DNA from: Microgenomates group bacterium
Lineage (GTDB): Bacteria > Patescibacteriota > Microgenomatia > UBA12405
Assembly: GCA_049303675.1 (NCBI GenBank)
Contig: JBAQNJ010000001.1
Location: 71,494 to 135,493, forward strand
Length of the DNA: 64,000 nucleotides
Direction of reading: 5' to 3'
Below the pieces are notes generated by a model that saw nothing but the letters and a program-made list of their open reading frames with translations, had not been told where the DNA came from and did no database searches. Made by a program: the position numbers and the translations under genes. Shown here one piece after another: positions 46,288 through 54,865 of this stretch. Positions within the stretch are counted from its first letter, which is position 1. Every line of letters starts with the position of its first letter.

Positions 46288-47382
46288 CTATTTCAGCACG
46301 CTTAGTGGATCCATCTTACCTCCATCAGTTCTTTTTACCTCAAAATGCAAATGTGTCCCCGTCGACCGTCCTGTACTTCCCATTGTCCCCAGCTTCTGAC
46401 CCTGCGACACCTTGTCACCTGCCTTAACTATCACCGAATTATTCAACATGTGTGCATATAGGGTTTGGTAGCCATTTCCGTGGTCAATGATCACATAATT
46501 TCCATACCCACCCCCGTTCCAACCCGCCACAATCACTGTTCCTCCCTGCGCTGCCACAATTGGTGGATTCGAGTGATTAGCAATGTCTACTGCCTGATGA
46601 TACCAATAATATTTTTGACTAATTACTCCATTTGTTGGCCAGATAAAGTTACCCTCTCCCTTCACTCCAGGTATTGGCGCCACTCTCTGAGTTGCAATTC
46701 TTGGCGTATCCACCGATATTTCGTTAGGCTTAATACCATCAGGAATAATCAATTCTTGACCAGCCAACAGAGCAAAGGTTTCATCATTGGCAAAAGTGTT
46801 AAAAGGATAATCAATTATACCCTGTGCATCCACCTGCATTTTTTTTGCGATACTATAAATGGTTTCCCCTCGAGACACTCTGTAGCGCACTCCAGTCACT
46901 GGCAATATTCTCAATAGTTGTTTTGGTTTCAAGTTAGCCGCCGATTTCAAATTGTTCTCCCAGACAATTGTGTCAATGCTCACTCCAAACTTTTGAGCAA
47001 TCGATGACACCGTATCTCCATCTTGAACTCGATACTCCGTTACTTCACCTTTCAATGAATCCGAGATCAATGTTCCAGCAGCTGCATTGTTATCTGTTGC
47101 CATAATTAAATATCCACTTCCCCCAGTATCACTTCTATTTCCATTTATCATCTCTTCAATTTTTCCCGAAAACACGATTGCTCCAAAAAACAATCCGGCC
47201 ATGCTCACATTGACAAAACTCTGAGAGAATCTCCCCCGTTGCCGATACATCAGTCTCGACACCACTTTCTTTATCTCATCAGTCCAACCCAGAAATACTT
47301 TTCCCACCCACCCCCAATACTCTGCCTGTAATTTTACAAATTTAGAAAACTGCTCCCACTCTTTTTTAATATCTTCTTTCAT
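46288..47382 (-). CDS. Cell-wall hydrolase with 2x LysM and an M23 (lysostaphin-like) metallopeptidase domain, N-terminally TM-anchored
   Basis: The LysM motifs are 'YRVQDGDTVSSIAQKFGVSIDTIVWENNL' and 'YRVSRGETIYSIAKKMQVDAQGI'. The M23 motifs are 'HQAVDIA', 'GNYVIIDHGNGYQTLYAHM' and 'GSTGRSTGTHLHFEV'. Confidence 0.9.
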   Translation of the reverse strand: MKEDIKKEWEQFSKFVKLQAEYWGWVGKVFLGWTDEIKKVVSRLMYRQRGRFSQSFVNVSMAGLFFGAIVFSGKIEEMINGNRSDTGGSGYLIMATDNNAAAGTLISDSLKGEVTEYRVQDGDTVSSIAQKFGVSIDTIVWENNLKSAANLKPKQLLRILPVTGVRYRVSRGETIYSIAKKMQVDAQGIIDYPFNTFANDETFALLAGQELIIPDGIKPNEISVDTPRIATQRVAPIPGVKGEGNFIWPTNGVISQKYYWYHQAVDIANHSNPPIVAAQGGTVIVAGWNGGGYGNYVIIDHGNGYQTLYAHMLNNSVIVKAGDKVSQGQKLGTMGSTGRSTGTHLHFEVKRTDGGKMDPLSVLK

Positions 47383-47439
47383 TAACGTATTAGAATTTTA
47401 CCAAATACTAATTACTGTTCACTAATCACTGATCACTAT

Positions 47440-48819
47440 CTACTTTTTCCCAATTTTCATCAAAAACTCCTCATTATATTTTGTCTTTCTCATTTGTTCA
47501 ATTACCACCTCACCCACATCCTCTCTATCGCCGAGAGCATCAAACATTCTTCTCATTCCCATCACTTGCCCCAACACTTTGGGATCGAGCAAAAATTCTT
47601 CTTTTCTAGTTCCCGATCCTTGCAAGTTAACGGCAGGGAAAATCCTTCTCTCGGCCAACTTCCTCTCCAACTTCATTTCCATATTACCAGTACCCTTGAA
47701 TTCCTCAAAAATCAGTTCATCCATTTTCGAGCCAGTATCGACCAGAGCTGTGCCGATAATTGTCAACGATCCCCCGTTTTCAATCTTCCGAGCAGCCCCA
47801 AAAAATCTCTTCGATGGATACAATGCCGCCGGATCAAATCCTCCTGAGAGTGTTCTTCCCGAAGATGGGATAGCCAAGTTGTAGGCCCGAGCCAATCTGG
47901 TAATCGAGTCAAACACAATAAATACATCTTTACCCAATTCCACCAATCTCTTGGCTCTTTCAATAGCAATTTCGGCCGCTCTTGTTTGATCTTCTGGTTT
48001 TTGGTCAAAGTGCGAAGCGACTACTTCCCCTTTTATAAACCTCTGCATGTCCGTCACCTCTTCAGGCCGCTCTCCCACCAATACTGCCATCAAATGCACC
48101 TCTGGATGATTGGCAGCTACTCCCGCCGCAATTTCTTTAAGTAATGTTGTCTTACCCGCCTTTGGTGGCGACAAAATCATTCCTCTTTGTCCAAACCCAA
48201 TTGGACAAAATAAATCAATTATTCTAGTAGAGAGTACTTCTGAATCAAATTCCAACTTAGCCTGTTTTTGGGGATAAATTGGTACCAAGTCTTTAAAGTC
48301 TGGCCGGTTAACTGCCGAGGCCAATTCCATCCCATTTACCTTGTCTATCCTCACCATCGACCAATGTTTTTCGTTGTGTCCAGGAGCCTTGGAGACGCCA
48401 GTAATCATGTCTCCAGGTCGGAGGCTATAGCGTCTTATTTGCATCGCCGCCAAAAACGAATCTTTGGGCGATGGTGTAAATTTAGGTCTAATATATCCCT
48501 GACCGTCTGGTCCAATATCCAGCGCTCCCACCACCATTTCCATTTTTACACCTGCTACTTGAGGTTGGGTTTGAACTTGAGGTGGTGCCACCTGAACTTT
48601 CTGTATTTCAACTCTACTTGATGTTGGAACTGGCTCTATTTTTGTTTCTAGTTTCTCGTTTCCAGTTTCTTTATTTTGTATTTCCACCCTACTCGTTTCT
48701 TTGACTACTGGTTTAATTTCTTCTGCCTTCGGCTGTTCACTGTTAACTGTCAACTGTTCACTAACTATTGGTGTCGCCACGACATCCGTCACGACTGGTT
48801 CGGTTTTTTTCTTGACCAT
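47440..48819 (-). CDS. rho: Transcription termination factor Rho
   Basis: The Walker A motif is 'LSPPKAGKTTLLKEIA'. The sequence 'LMAVLVGERPEEVTDMQRFIKGEVVASHFDQ', 'DSITRLARAYN' and the downstream region track Rho closely. An N-terminal low-complexity extension is present. Confidence 0.95.
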   Translation of the reverse strand: MVKKKTEPVVTDVVATPIVSEQLTVNSEQPKAEEIKPVVKETSRVEIQNKETGNEKLETKIEPVPTSSRVEIQKVQVAPPQVQTQPQVAGVKMEMVVGALDIGPDGQGYIRPKFTPSPKDSFLAAMQIRRYSLRPGDMITGVSKAPGHNEKHWSMVRIDKVNGMELASAVNRPDFKDLVPIYPQKQAKLEFDSEVLSTRIIDLFCPIGFGQRGMILSPPKAGKTTLLKEIAAGVAANHPEVHLMAVLVGERPEEVTDMQRFIKGEVVASHFDQKPEDQTRAAEIAIERAKRLVELGKDVFIVFDSITRLARAYNLAIPSSGRTLSGGFDPAALYPSKRFFGAARKIENGGSLTIIGTALVDTGSKMDELIFEEFKGTGNMEMKLERKLAERRIFPAVNLQGSGTRKEEFLLDPKVLGQVMGMRRMFDALGDREDVGEVVIEQMRKTKYNEEFLMKIGKK

Positions 48820-49613
48820 TGGTTACAAAAATAAATAAAATTGGAAATTAATACAAATATATACCTAAAATTACATGGAAAATAGATCTGCTTTCTCGGG
48901 GAACAAGTTATTCTATCAACCTCCATCTTTCTTGTCAAGAACCCCAAAGTTGAAAGCGATGCTCCTGCCCCCATGCATCGCTCTCAACTTTAATGTCCTG
49001 TCTCACCCGCCGTAGTCCCGCAGCTGCGGGACGAAGGATGGCATGTGTCGCTCTCAATCCTATTAACATTCTTTTTACCCCAAAAATCCGCCCCAAAAAT
49101 ATTTGCATTTTTGGCGCTTCTCCTCTATTGTTAAGAGGAAGAAACAACCATATACGTGTTCCACCTGCTTTGAGAATATCGATATAGTTGTTTCTTTTTC
49201 GTTTTTTTCGCAGAAATTTAAAACGCAGTGTCTAAATTTCTCCGAAAAACACAATCCGCCGAAGCCTTGGCGTAGGTGGATCTCCCTATTTCAAATTGTT
49301 AATGTTTTTGTTTAAAAATTTAAAATTTTAAATTAAAAATTACGCTATAAGATCAGTCTCCCTCCCAATTTCGCCATCTCTTTCACTTGCTTAGCACCCC
49401 AGTTCTCCGTTTTCCCTCTTTTAAAAAACTCTTTGATCTTTTTTAGCATTAATTTAATATAACTCTTTTTTCACCTCTGTCCATACCCTATATAAATTTA
49501 CTTGTCATTTTTATCATATCCCATATTTTTTTGTTTCTACAAATTAGGTTCACTTTCACCCCTTTTCCCCACAATTTTAGTCGCTGTGGATAACTTTGTG
49601 TTATACTATTTTA

Positions 49614-49966
49614 TGGCAGCAGAAAATACTGTTACTACGATTCACTTTACTCGATTCCCCAGTTCTCCCTATCCTCGAGATATCATTTGCAACGTGCCAC
49701 TTTCAATCAAATTACGAGATCAAGGTTATATTCCCAAACCTACAGCCGATTTATTACAACAGCTTGGTATTATCGATGTCTTTGATGCCGCCGCCAACCA
49801 GGTCACTGGCGTCGAACTCAGACATGCTATTTTGACTTCAGTTGGTACCGATATTATAATGACTGGTTTGGTCACTATTCATACAGGACACGAGATTATT
49901 CTTCGTACTCCAGCTGCCGTGCCAGAAATCAGAGTTCATATTTCTCGTAAAGTTGTCAATAAATAA
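49614..49966 (+). CDS. Hypothetical protein. The track ORF runs 49502..49966, and the start at ATG 49614 (MAAENT..) is more likely.
   Basis: The ORF is clean with a plausible start. No family is recognised from sequence alone. Confidence 0.5.
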
Positions 49967-50192
49967 TGATATGTCCAATCCTCCCGAAACACTCACTATT
50001 CCTACACCTAGAGGCAAAATAGCTGTCGATAGAAGTGAATATCTCGATGCTGGCAAAGACCCCGATCTCCTCCGCGCCGCCACCCAAGCAGCCAGAGAAC
50101 GAGAAAACCGAATTTTTTATGTCACCACCGTCTTACTAAATATCCCTAGGCAGCTTTACCATGGTAAAGCTATTGAAAAAGAAGTCGAATAG
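49953..50192 (+). CDS. Small hypothetical protein (79 aa)
   Basis: ORF only. It is followed by a repeated approximately 40-bp element. Confidence 0.35.
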   Translation: MSINNDMSNPPETLTIPTPRGKIAVDRSEYLDAGKDPDLLRAATQAARERENRIFYVTTVLLNIPRQLYHGKAIEKEVE

Positions 50193-50264
50193 CCATATCT
50201 TTCTTCTACCACACTATAACTCTATAGTTCATGCATCCTCCAAATTTTTTGTTATAATATACCT

Positions 50265-50519
50265 ATGACCCATGTTGACATCACTTCTTCCAACCTATCC
50301 GACCGTTTAAGTCTAGACACCACCACTCCCAATCTCCCTTTCCCTGTATCCCAAGTCGAAGTCTTTGCTGGCTTTGCTCGTGTCACTTTCTCCCCAGAAG
50401 CTACAGTCTTTTCCGCCAGCGAACATCGCAACCCCGACAATAGTGTCAACCTTAGTGCTGGCTGTAGTCTCTATGCCACCATCCTCCCAGACATTTCCCT
50501 CCGAGTCCAAATCTCTTAG
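50265..50519 (+). CDS. Small hypothetical protein (84 aa)
   Basis: ORF only. It is followed by the same repeated element as 49953..50192. Confidence 0.35.
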   Translation: MTHVDITSSNLSDRLSLDTTTPNLPFPVSQVEVFAGFARVTFSPEATVFSASEHRNPDNSVNLSAGCSLYATILPDISLRVQIS

Positions 50520-50775
50520 CACAGCCATATCAAACTCTACCTCACTATAACTTTATAGTTTTTTCTATCTCTATTTCTTTCTCCTCAGCCCTTACTGCCA
50601 ATCGAAGGAACCATTCCATATCATTAAGATCGCCATCATCTTGGGCTTCTTTGGCAATATTTAACAAGTCATCACTAGTATATGTATATATTTCCATAAA
50701 ATGTTAATATGTAACTAATCGCTAATATATCAAATACTCCCCATTATTCCAAATTTATGTTATACATATATACAT

Positions 50776-51303
50776 ATGAAGATGTTTTTTACAGCCTCCT
50801 ACAAGCACAAGGCCACTTATCAAAAGTATTACGATTTGGTACTCAAGACGATTCAATCACAATCAGTCGAACTCCGCTCACCCGAGCTCGACTCCAGTTT
50901 TTCCTCACCTACCTCTACCAATCACTATCAATCTATAAAGCAAGGTATCACTTGGGCTGACGCTGTAATTTTTGAAATTTCTCATGCCGGCTTTCAGCTT
51001 GGCCACGAGGCTACCCTCGCTATTCAAAACAAAAAACATGTTTTATGTCTTTCGATCCACGAAGATTATTCCAAAAGAATTATCAACCGCTATTTTCATG
51101 GCGCCAAATATTCCGAATTAAATATTGACGATATCATTTCTGATTTTATCAGTAGCCTCCGCCACCACCAATTCGACCAACGCTTCAATTGTTTCCTCTC
51201 CCAAAAACAGTTGGAAAAGGTAGGTCTAAATGCCACCAAACTCGGTCTCACTAAATCAGATTACATCCGCCAACTCATCGATTCCCAATCCAAAATTTTA
51301 TGA
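50776..51303 (+). CDS. Nucleoside 2-deoxyribosyltransferase-like (SLOG/Rossmann-like) domain fused to a C-terminal ribbon-helix-helix (CopG-like) motif
   Basis: The N-terminal region 'FFTASY.......Y....L..I.......SPE........ADAVIFEIS...FQLGHEATLAIQNKKHVLCL' resembles the Nuc_deoxyrib_tr fold. The C-terminal 'LSQKQLEKVGLNATKLGLTKSDYIRQLID' resembles an RHH motif. Confidence 0.45.
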   Translation: MKMFFTASYKHKATYQKYYDLVLKTIQSQSVELRSPELDSSFSSPTSTNHYQSIKQGITWADAVIFEISHAGFQLGHEATLAIQNKKHVLCLSIHEDYSKRIINRYFHGAKYSELNIDDIISDFISSLRHHQFDQRFNCFLSQKQLEKVGLNATKLGLTKSDYIRQLIDSQSKIL

Positions 51304-51379
51304 CCTGAAGTGGTCTTTTTCTAGCGACTTTGAGCCTGCGTTGCAGACCTCACCGGAGCGAGAAAAATGGCCACAAAGG

Positions 51380-52696
51380 TCAAACCAAATTTTTCAGTTC
51401 CCTTATACTATATATAGTCGGCATCACTCGACCCATAGCTTTTGCCTCTTTCTCTCTCTTTTCCCAACCGCGTACTCGTTTAACTTCTCCGAGTAAACTC
51501 ACTTCACCAACAAGTACAGTTTTATTTTTTAATGCTTTTTCCTTATAACTACTATACATTGCTGATAAAATTGCCAGATCACACCCCGTATCATCTAGTC
51601 TAATTCCCCCCGTCACTGATACATAGACATCATATTTATAAAGTGGCATCGACAACACTTTTTGAGCTACCGCCACTAGCAGTCTCCCTCGATTATTATC
51701 AATTCCCGAAAAAACCCTAGTTGGCATTGGCGCAAAGCTTTCTGTTACTAGTACCTGTATTTCCACCATCATCGGCCGAGTTCCTTCCATCACCACGGTT
51801 ATCGCTGATCCTATTTTTGCATCTCCATTTCCCATCGCTCTCATATCCTCCTCTCTGACATCTGACAGTCCGACATCTGACATCTTAAATATCCCCACTT
51901 CATCTGTTGGCCCAAACCGATTTTTATTGACCCGCAAAATCCGCAGGTCCCCATTCTTCTCCCCTTCAAAATAGAGGACCGTATCCACCATATGTTCCAG
52001 CAGTTTTGGTCCGGCGATATCCCCTTCCTTAGTTACATGACCAACAATAAAAATTGCTACCTCTGTTTTCTTGGCCAGCTCCACCAATCTAAAAGTCGAC
52101 TCCCTTATTTGGTTAACTGATCCAAAAGACCCGAGCGACCCCGTCCCACTGGCAGTCGACTCGACCAACATCGTCTGAATCGAGTCGACTACCACAATTT
52201 TGTATACATTTTGTGTTCGTTCAATAGTTTGAACAATATCTTCTACGGCATTTGTTTCCAATACATCGAATCCTTCCGCCTTAATACCCAATCTCTTCAC
52301 TCTCAAGTTAATCTGTTCCGCTGATTCCTCCCCTGCCACATACAATCCTCCTACTTTACCCACTAGTTGCGTCAAAAGTGTGCTTTTCCCGATCCCCGGC
52401 TCTCCGGCAAACAGTACTACTGATCCCTGTACAATTCCTTTACCCAATACTCTATCAAATTCTGGTATGTTCGACGAAAATATATTATCACTCTTCCCTT
52501 CAATCACCTTTAATTCACTCAGTTTTTTAACACTAGTACTTTCTGACTTTCCAACTTTACGAACTTTATAACTTGATGAACTTTTAACTTCTTTAAGTGA
52601 ATTCCATTCTCCACATGCGCTACATTGTCCATTCCATTTAGTAAACTCATTCCCACAATTAGAACAGACAAATATTATTTCTGTATTTTTTTTCAT
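51380..52696 (-). CDS. radA: DNA repair protein RadA (Sms)
   Basis: The zinc finger is 'CSNCGNEFTKWNGQCSACGEWNS'. The Walker A motif is 'GEPGIGKSTLL'. The 'KNRFGPTDEVGIFKM' motif and a Lon-like C-terminal domain are present. The track start at 52729 overlaps the upstream gene, so the ATG at 52696 (MKKNTEII..) is preferred. Confidence 0.95.
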   Translation of the reverse strand: MKKNTEIIFVCSNCGNEFTKWNGQCSACGEWNSLKEVKSSSSYKVRKVGKSESTSVKKLSELKVIEGKSDNIFSSNIPEFDRVLGKGIVQGSVVLFAGEPGIGKSTLLTQLVGKVGGLYVAGEESAEQINLRVKRLGIKAEGFDVLETNAVEDIVQTIERTQNVYKIVVVDSIQTMLVESTASGTGSLGSFGSVNQIRESTFRLVELAKKTEVAIFIVGHVTKEGDIAGPKLLEHMVDTVLYFEGEKNGDLRILRVNKNRFGPTDEVGIFKMSDVGLSDVREEDMRAMGNGDAKIGSAITVVMEGTRPMMVEIQVLVTESFAPMPTRVFSGIDNNRGRLLVAVAQKVLSMPLYKYDVYVSVTGGIRLDDTGCDLAILSAMYSSYKEKALKNKTVLVGEVSLLGEVKRVRGWEKREKEAKAMGRVMPTIYSIRELKNLV

Positions 52697-52980
52697 CTTA
52701 TTTTTAGTATCCGCTTTCCCAGTTTCCAAGAAAGCACAATTAAACCCAATTCATACGCCGAAATTAGTATACCAGCTACCACAGCATTCAAACTTATCTT
52801 AGCAAAAAGCCATATTAGTGGCATTACCGGTGTCCAACTAAGTACATACCATACCCATCCCATATTCCCCATTTGTTTCCACATATCCCAAGTATCAATC
52901 TTGAATATTATCGACACCCAAGAGAATACGAATGGTCCAAATATAATAATCAGAAATGATATTAGTCCCACTTTCTTCAT
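52693..52980 (-). CDS. Small integral membrane protein (3 TM)
   Basis: The sequence is hydrophobic: 'GLISFLIIIFGPFVFSWVSIIF', 'WVWYVLSWTPVMPLIWLF' and 'AVVAGILISAYELGLIVL'. Its stop overlaps the radA start. Confidence 0.5.
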   Translation of the reverse strand: MKKVGLISFLIIIFGPFVFSWVSIIFKIDTWDMWKQMGNMGWVWYVLSWTPVMPLIWLFAKISLNAVVAGILISAYELGLIVLSWKLGKRILKIR

Positions 52981-53098
52981 ACTCCAATTTTCTCATGTTT
53001 TATTCCAGTTTCTTGTTTCTAGTTACTAGTTTCTTATCATTATCATCAATCCTCCCGCCTCTAGTGAAGTCTCTTGTTTTTATGCCTATAAATAGGCA

Positions 53099-53629
53099 TT
53101 AAGGTACACACACTTCAATCTTCTGAGCTTGCGACTGGTAGCAGACCTCAACTCCATCTATTGTTTGGGTCAATGACAGTTCCCCAGTTTTCAATTTAGT
53201 CGCAACTGGCAACTTGTCAAGATACGCTTGTAGCCGCCCATCTTCGTCTAGTTTGGAAAACCAATCTTCCTGCGTCACACTACCAGTTCTATATCCCACC
53301 TTATTTCCCCAAGGATATTTATCATATTTAGCAAAGTACCGCTCTGAGGCATACACCATCTCCATGGCATTATTCCTCGTGGCCATATCTGCCGCTTTAT
53401 CCATCTGCAATCGTGGGTTCACCCCCGCCAATACCCCTACCACCATTATGCCTACAATTGCCAGAAAAATAAGTGATGTTGGTAAGGCCACCAATAGTTT
53501 TACCCACATTGGCCATTTCATCCACACAAACATCAATATCAATCCCACCGGATATACCAAAATTAACAGTAGCACTACAATAATTGTTTTAGTATCCTCA
53601 CTCAGTCCTGTATTTTGATTATTTTCCAT
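53099..53629 (-). CDS. Hypothetical membrane protein (2 TM N-terminus, soluble C-terminal domain)
   Basis: ORF containing 'IIVVLLLILVYPVGLILMFVW' and 'LLVALPTSLIFLAIVGIMVVGVLAGV'. Confidence 0.55.
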   Translation of the reverse strand: MENNQNTGLSEDTKTIIVVLLLILVYPVGLILMFVWMKWPMWVKLLVALPTSLIFLAIVGIMVVGVLAGVNPRLQMDKAADMATRNNAMEMVYASERYFAKYDKYPWGNKVGYRTGSVTQEDWFSKLDEDGRLQAYLDKLPVATKLKTGELSLTQTIDGVEVCYQSQAQKIEVCVP

Positions 53630-53826
53630 AATTAAATATAGACCAATATTCTATTTTTGCAAAATTTCAGTTTTTTGTACTTGTTCAGTAGGTACTTTAT
53701 TTTCCACTTTTCTCACTTCTATCGGTTTTCCTAATAAATCCACTTCTCCCTTCATAATCCGCTCAAACTCTTCCTTACTCATTCTAAATTGTTTGGGTAC
53801 TTCACCTGTCCATATAAACATATTTT

Positions 53827-54129
53827 TTATCTCACAATATCTTCATCAATCGGCCCGTCTAAAATTGCATTTTGTATTACTCCATCACATCCAACCGACT
53901 TTTCACACTCTTTGCGTACCGATACGCCATATTCGTCATTTATTGCCCCTATCCCATTTCCACTCACTATTACTACTCTTTTACAAAAATCTCCAATAAG
54001 CACTGGTGCGACATTACCTGATTTTACACAATAGACACAACTCTCGGGTCTTTTTTCATTTTCTCCAAATCCAGGATGCCATCCTCCCACTCCTACTGCC
54101 ATATTATTCGGTGTTATCATTATTAACAA
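53827..54129 (-). CDS. Hypothetical protein (100 aa). A further 44-aa ORF lies directly downstream at about 53696-53830.
   Basis: ORF only. It contains Cys pairs 'CVYC' and 'C..VGC'. Confidence 0.35.
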   Translation of the reverse strand: MLIMITPNNMAVGVGGWHPGFGENEKRPESCVYCVKSGNVAPVLIGDFCKRVVIVSGNGIGAINDEYGVSVRKECEKSVGCDGVIQNAILDGPIDEDIVR

Positions 54130-54310
54130 AAGCTCTAGAATCTGGTTTTGTTACCTCCATCTCCACCAATACCGGTGTCCCATTGGCCCGAATTATTGTT
54201 TTAACAGGAACTGCTCTCACCTGCAAATCTACACTCCCAGTATTCAGTGAATTTTTTCCACTATGTTCCAGTTGAACAGATGGTGGTTGGTAGTTTATAT
54301 TTGCAGCCAT
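54104..54310 (-). CDS. Hypothetical small protein (68 aa)
   Basis: ORF only. Confidence 0.3.
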   Translation of the reverse strand: MAANINYQPPSVQLEHSGKNSLNTGSVDLQVRAVPVKTIIRANGTPVLVEMEVTKPDSRAFVNNDNTE

Positions 54311-54312
54311 CT

Positions 54313-54498
54313 TTATTTTTCCTTTTTTTCTTCAACTCTTAATTCATTACTTTCTTCACTAGCAGGATATGTCCCAACATATTGTTCCTCAATTTGTCTG
54401 GCATGTATAGGCTTAATCCATTCCATCAATATATCAGTCGCCTTATCTCTAATTTCTCGTGCTGTTTTTGGTTCTGTTTTTTGTTTTGTTTCTGTCAT
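54313..54498 (-). CDS. Hypothetical small protein (61 aa) with a leaderless-type promoter
   Basis: On the coding strand, GGTGTATAATACGGCAT lies immediately 5' of the ATG. Confidence 0.4.
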   Translation of the reverse strand: MTETKQKTEPKTAREIRDKATDILMEWIKPIHARQIEEQYVGTYPASEESNELRVEEKKEK

Positions 54499-54506
54499 AT
54501 GCCGTA

Positions 54507-54746
54507 TTATACACCTTTTCTTAATTTAACTGATTCGCCAATTGCTTGCATTACTTTACCACCAGCTCTGTTTACACACGCGACTACATCCCGTTGACTT
54601 ACAAACTCAACATGGGCAACTCCCCGAACCGTCACTCCATCAGCCACCAAATTCAAACGCCCTCTTTGCTTTTTTGTTAATCCAATATTTTCCTCATTGG
54701 CCAATATCAACAAAGCATGTGCTACTGCCGGCTTTAGATAATCCAT
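54507..54746 (-). CDS. Hypothetical small protein (79 aa) with a leaderless-type promoter
   Basis: On the coding strand, GGTGTATAATACGGC lies immediately 5' of the ATG. Confidence 0.4.
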   Translation of the reverse strand: MDYLKPAVAHALLILANEENIGLTKKQRGRLNLVADGVTVRGVAHVEFVSQRDVVACVNRAGGKVMQAIGESVKLRKGV

Positions 54747-54865
54747 GCCGTATTATACACCAAATAAATTTTGTTTTAATCCATTTATCATCCTTGTTTG
54801 TATATATTTATTAAATTCTGTTAAATTTTTAAATTATTACTTTATATCTGCTATCATTAATTATC

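Noticed and set aside
48789-49315. Short ORFs in the rho upstream region (48789..48974, 48935..49147, 48993..49187, 49103..49315).
   Set aside because: The ORFs overlap, start-codon contexts are poor, and the region is dominated by stable hairpins. It is more likely a structured non-coding leader or RNA.
48900-49330. RNase P RNA, tmRNA or SRP RNA in the GC-rich region upstream of rho.
   Set aside because: I could not find the conserved P4 (GGAAAGTCCGG / ACAGAA.CCGGCTTA), tmRNA tRNA-like ends or SRP domain IV motifs on either strand. It is left as an unassigned structured region.
50193-50562. T7/T3-like promoter core (CTCACTATA) in the repeated element after two small genes.
   Set aside because: Only a 9-10 nt resemblance. 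No phage-type RNAP is evident in the window. The element is kept as a repeat finding, not called as a phage promoter.
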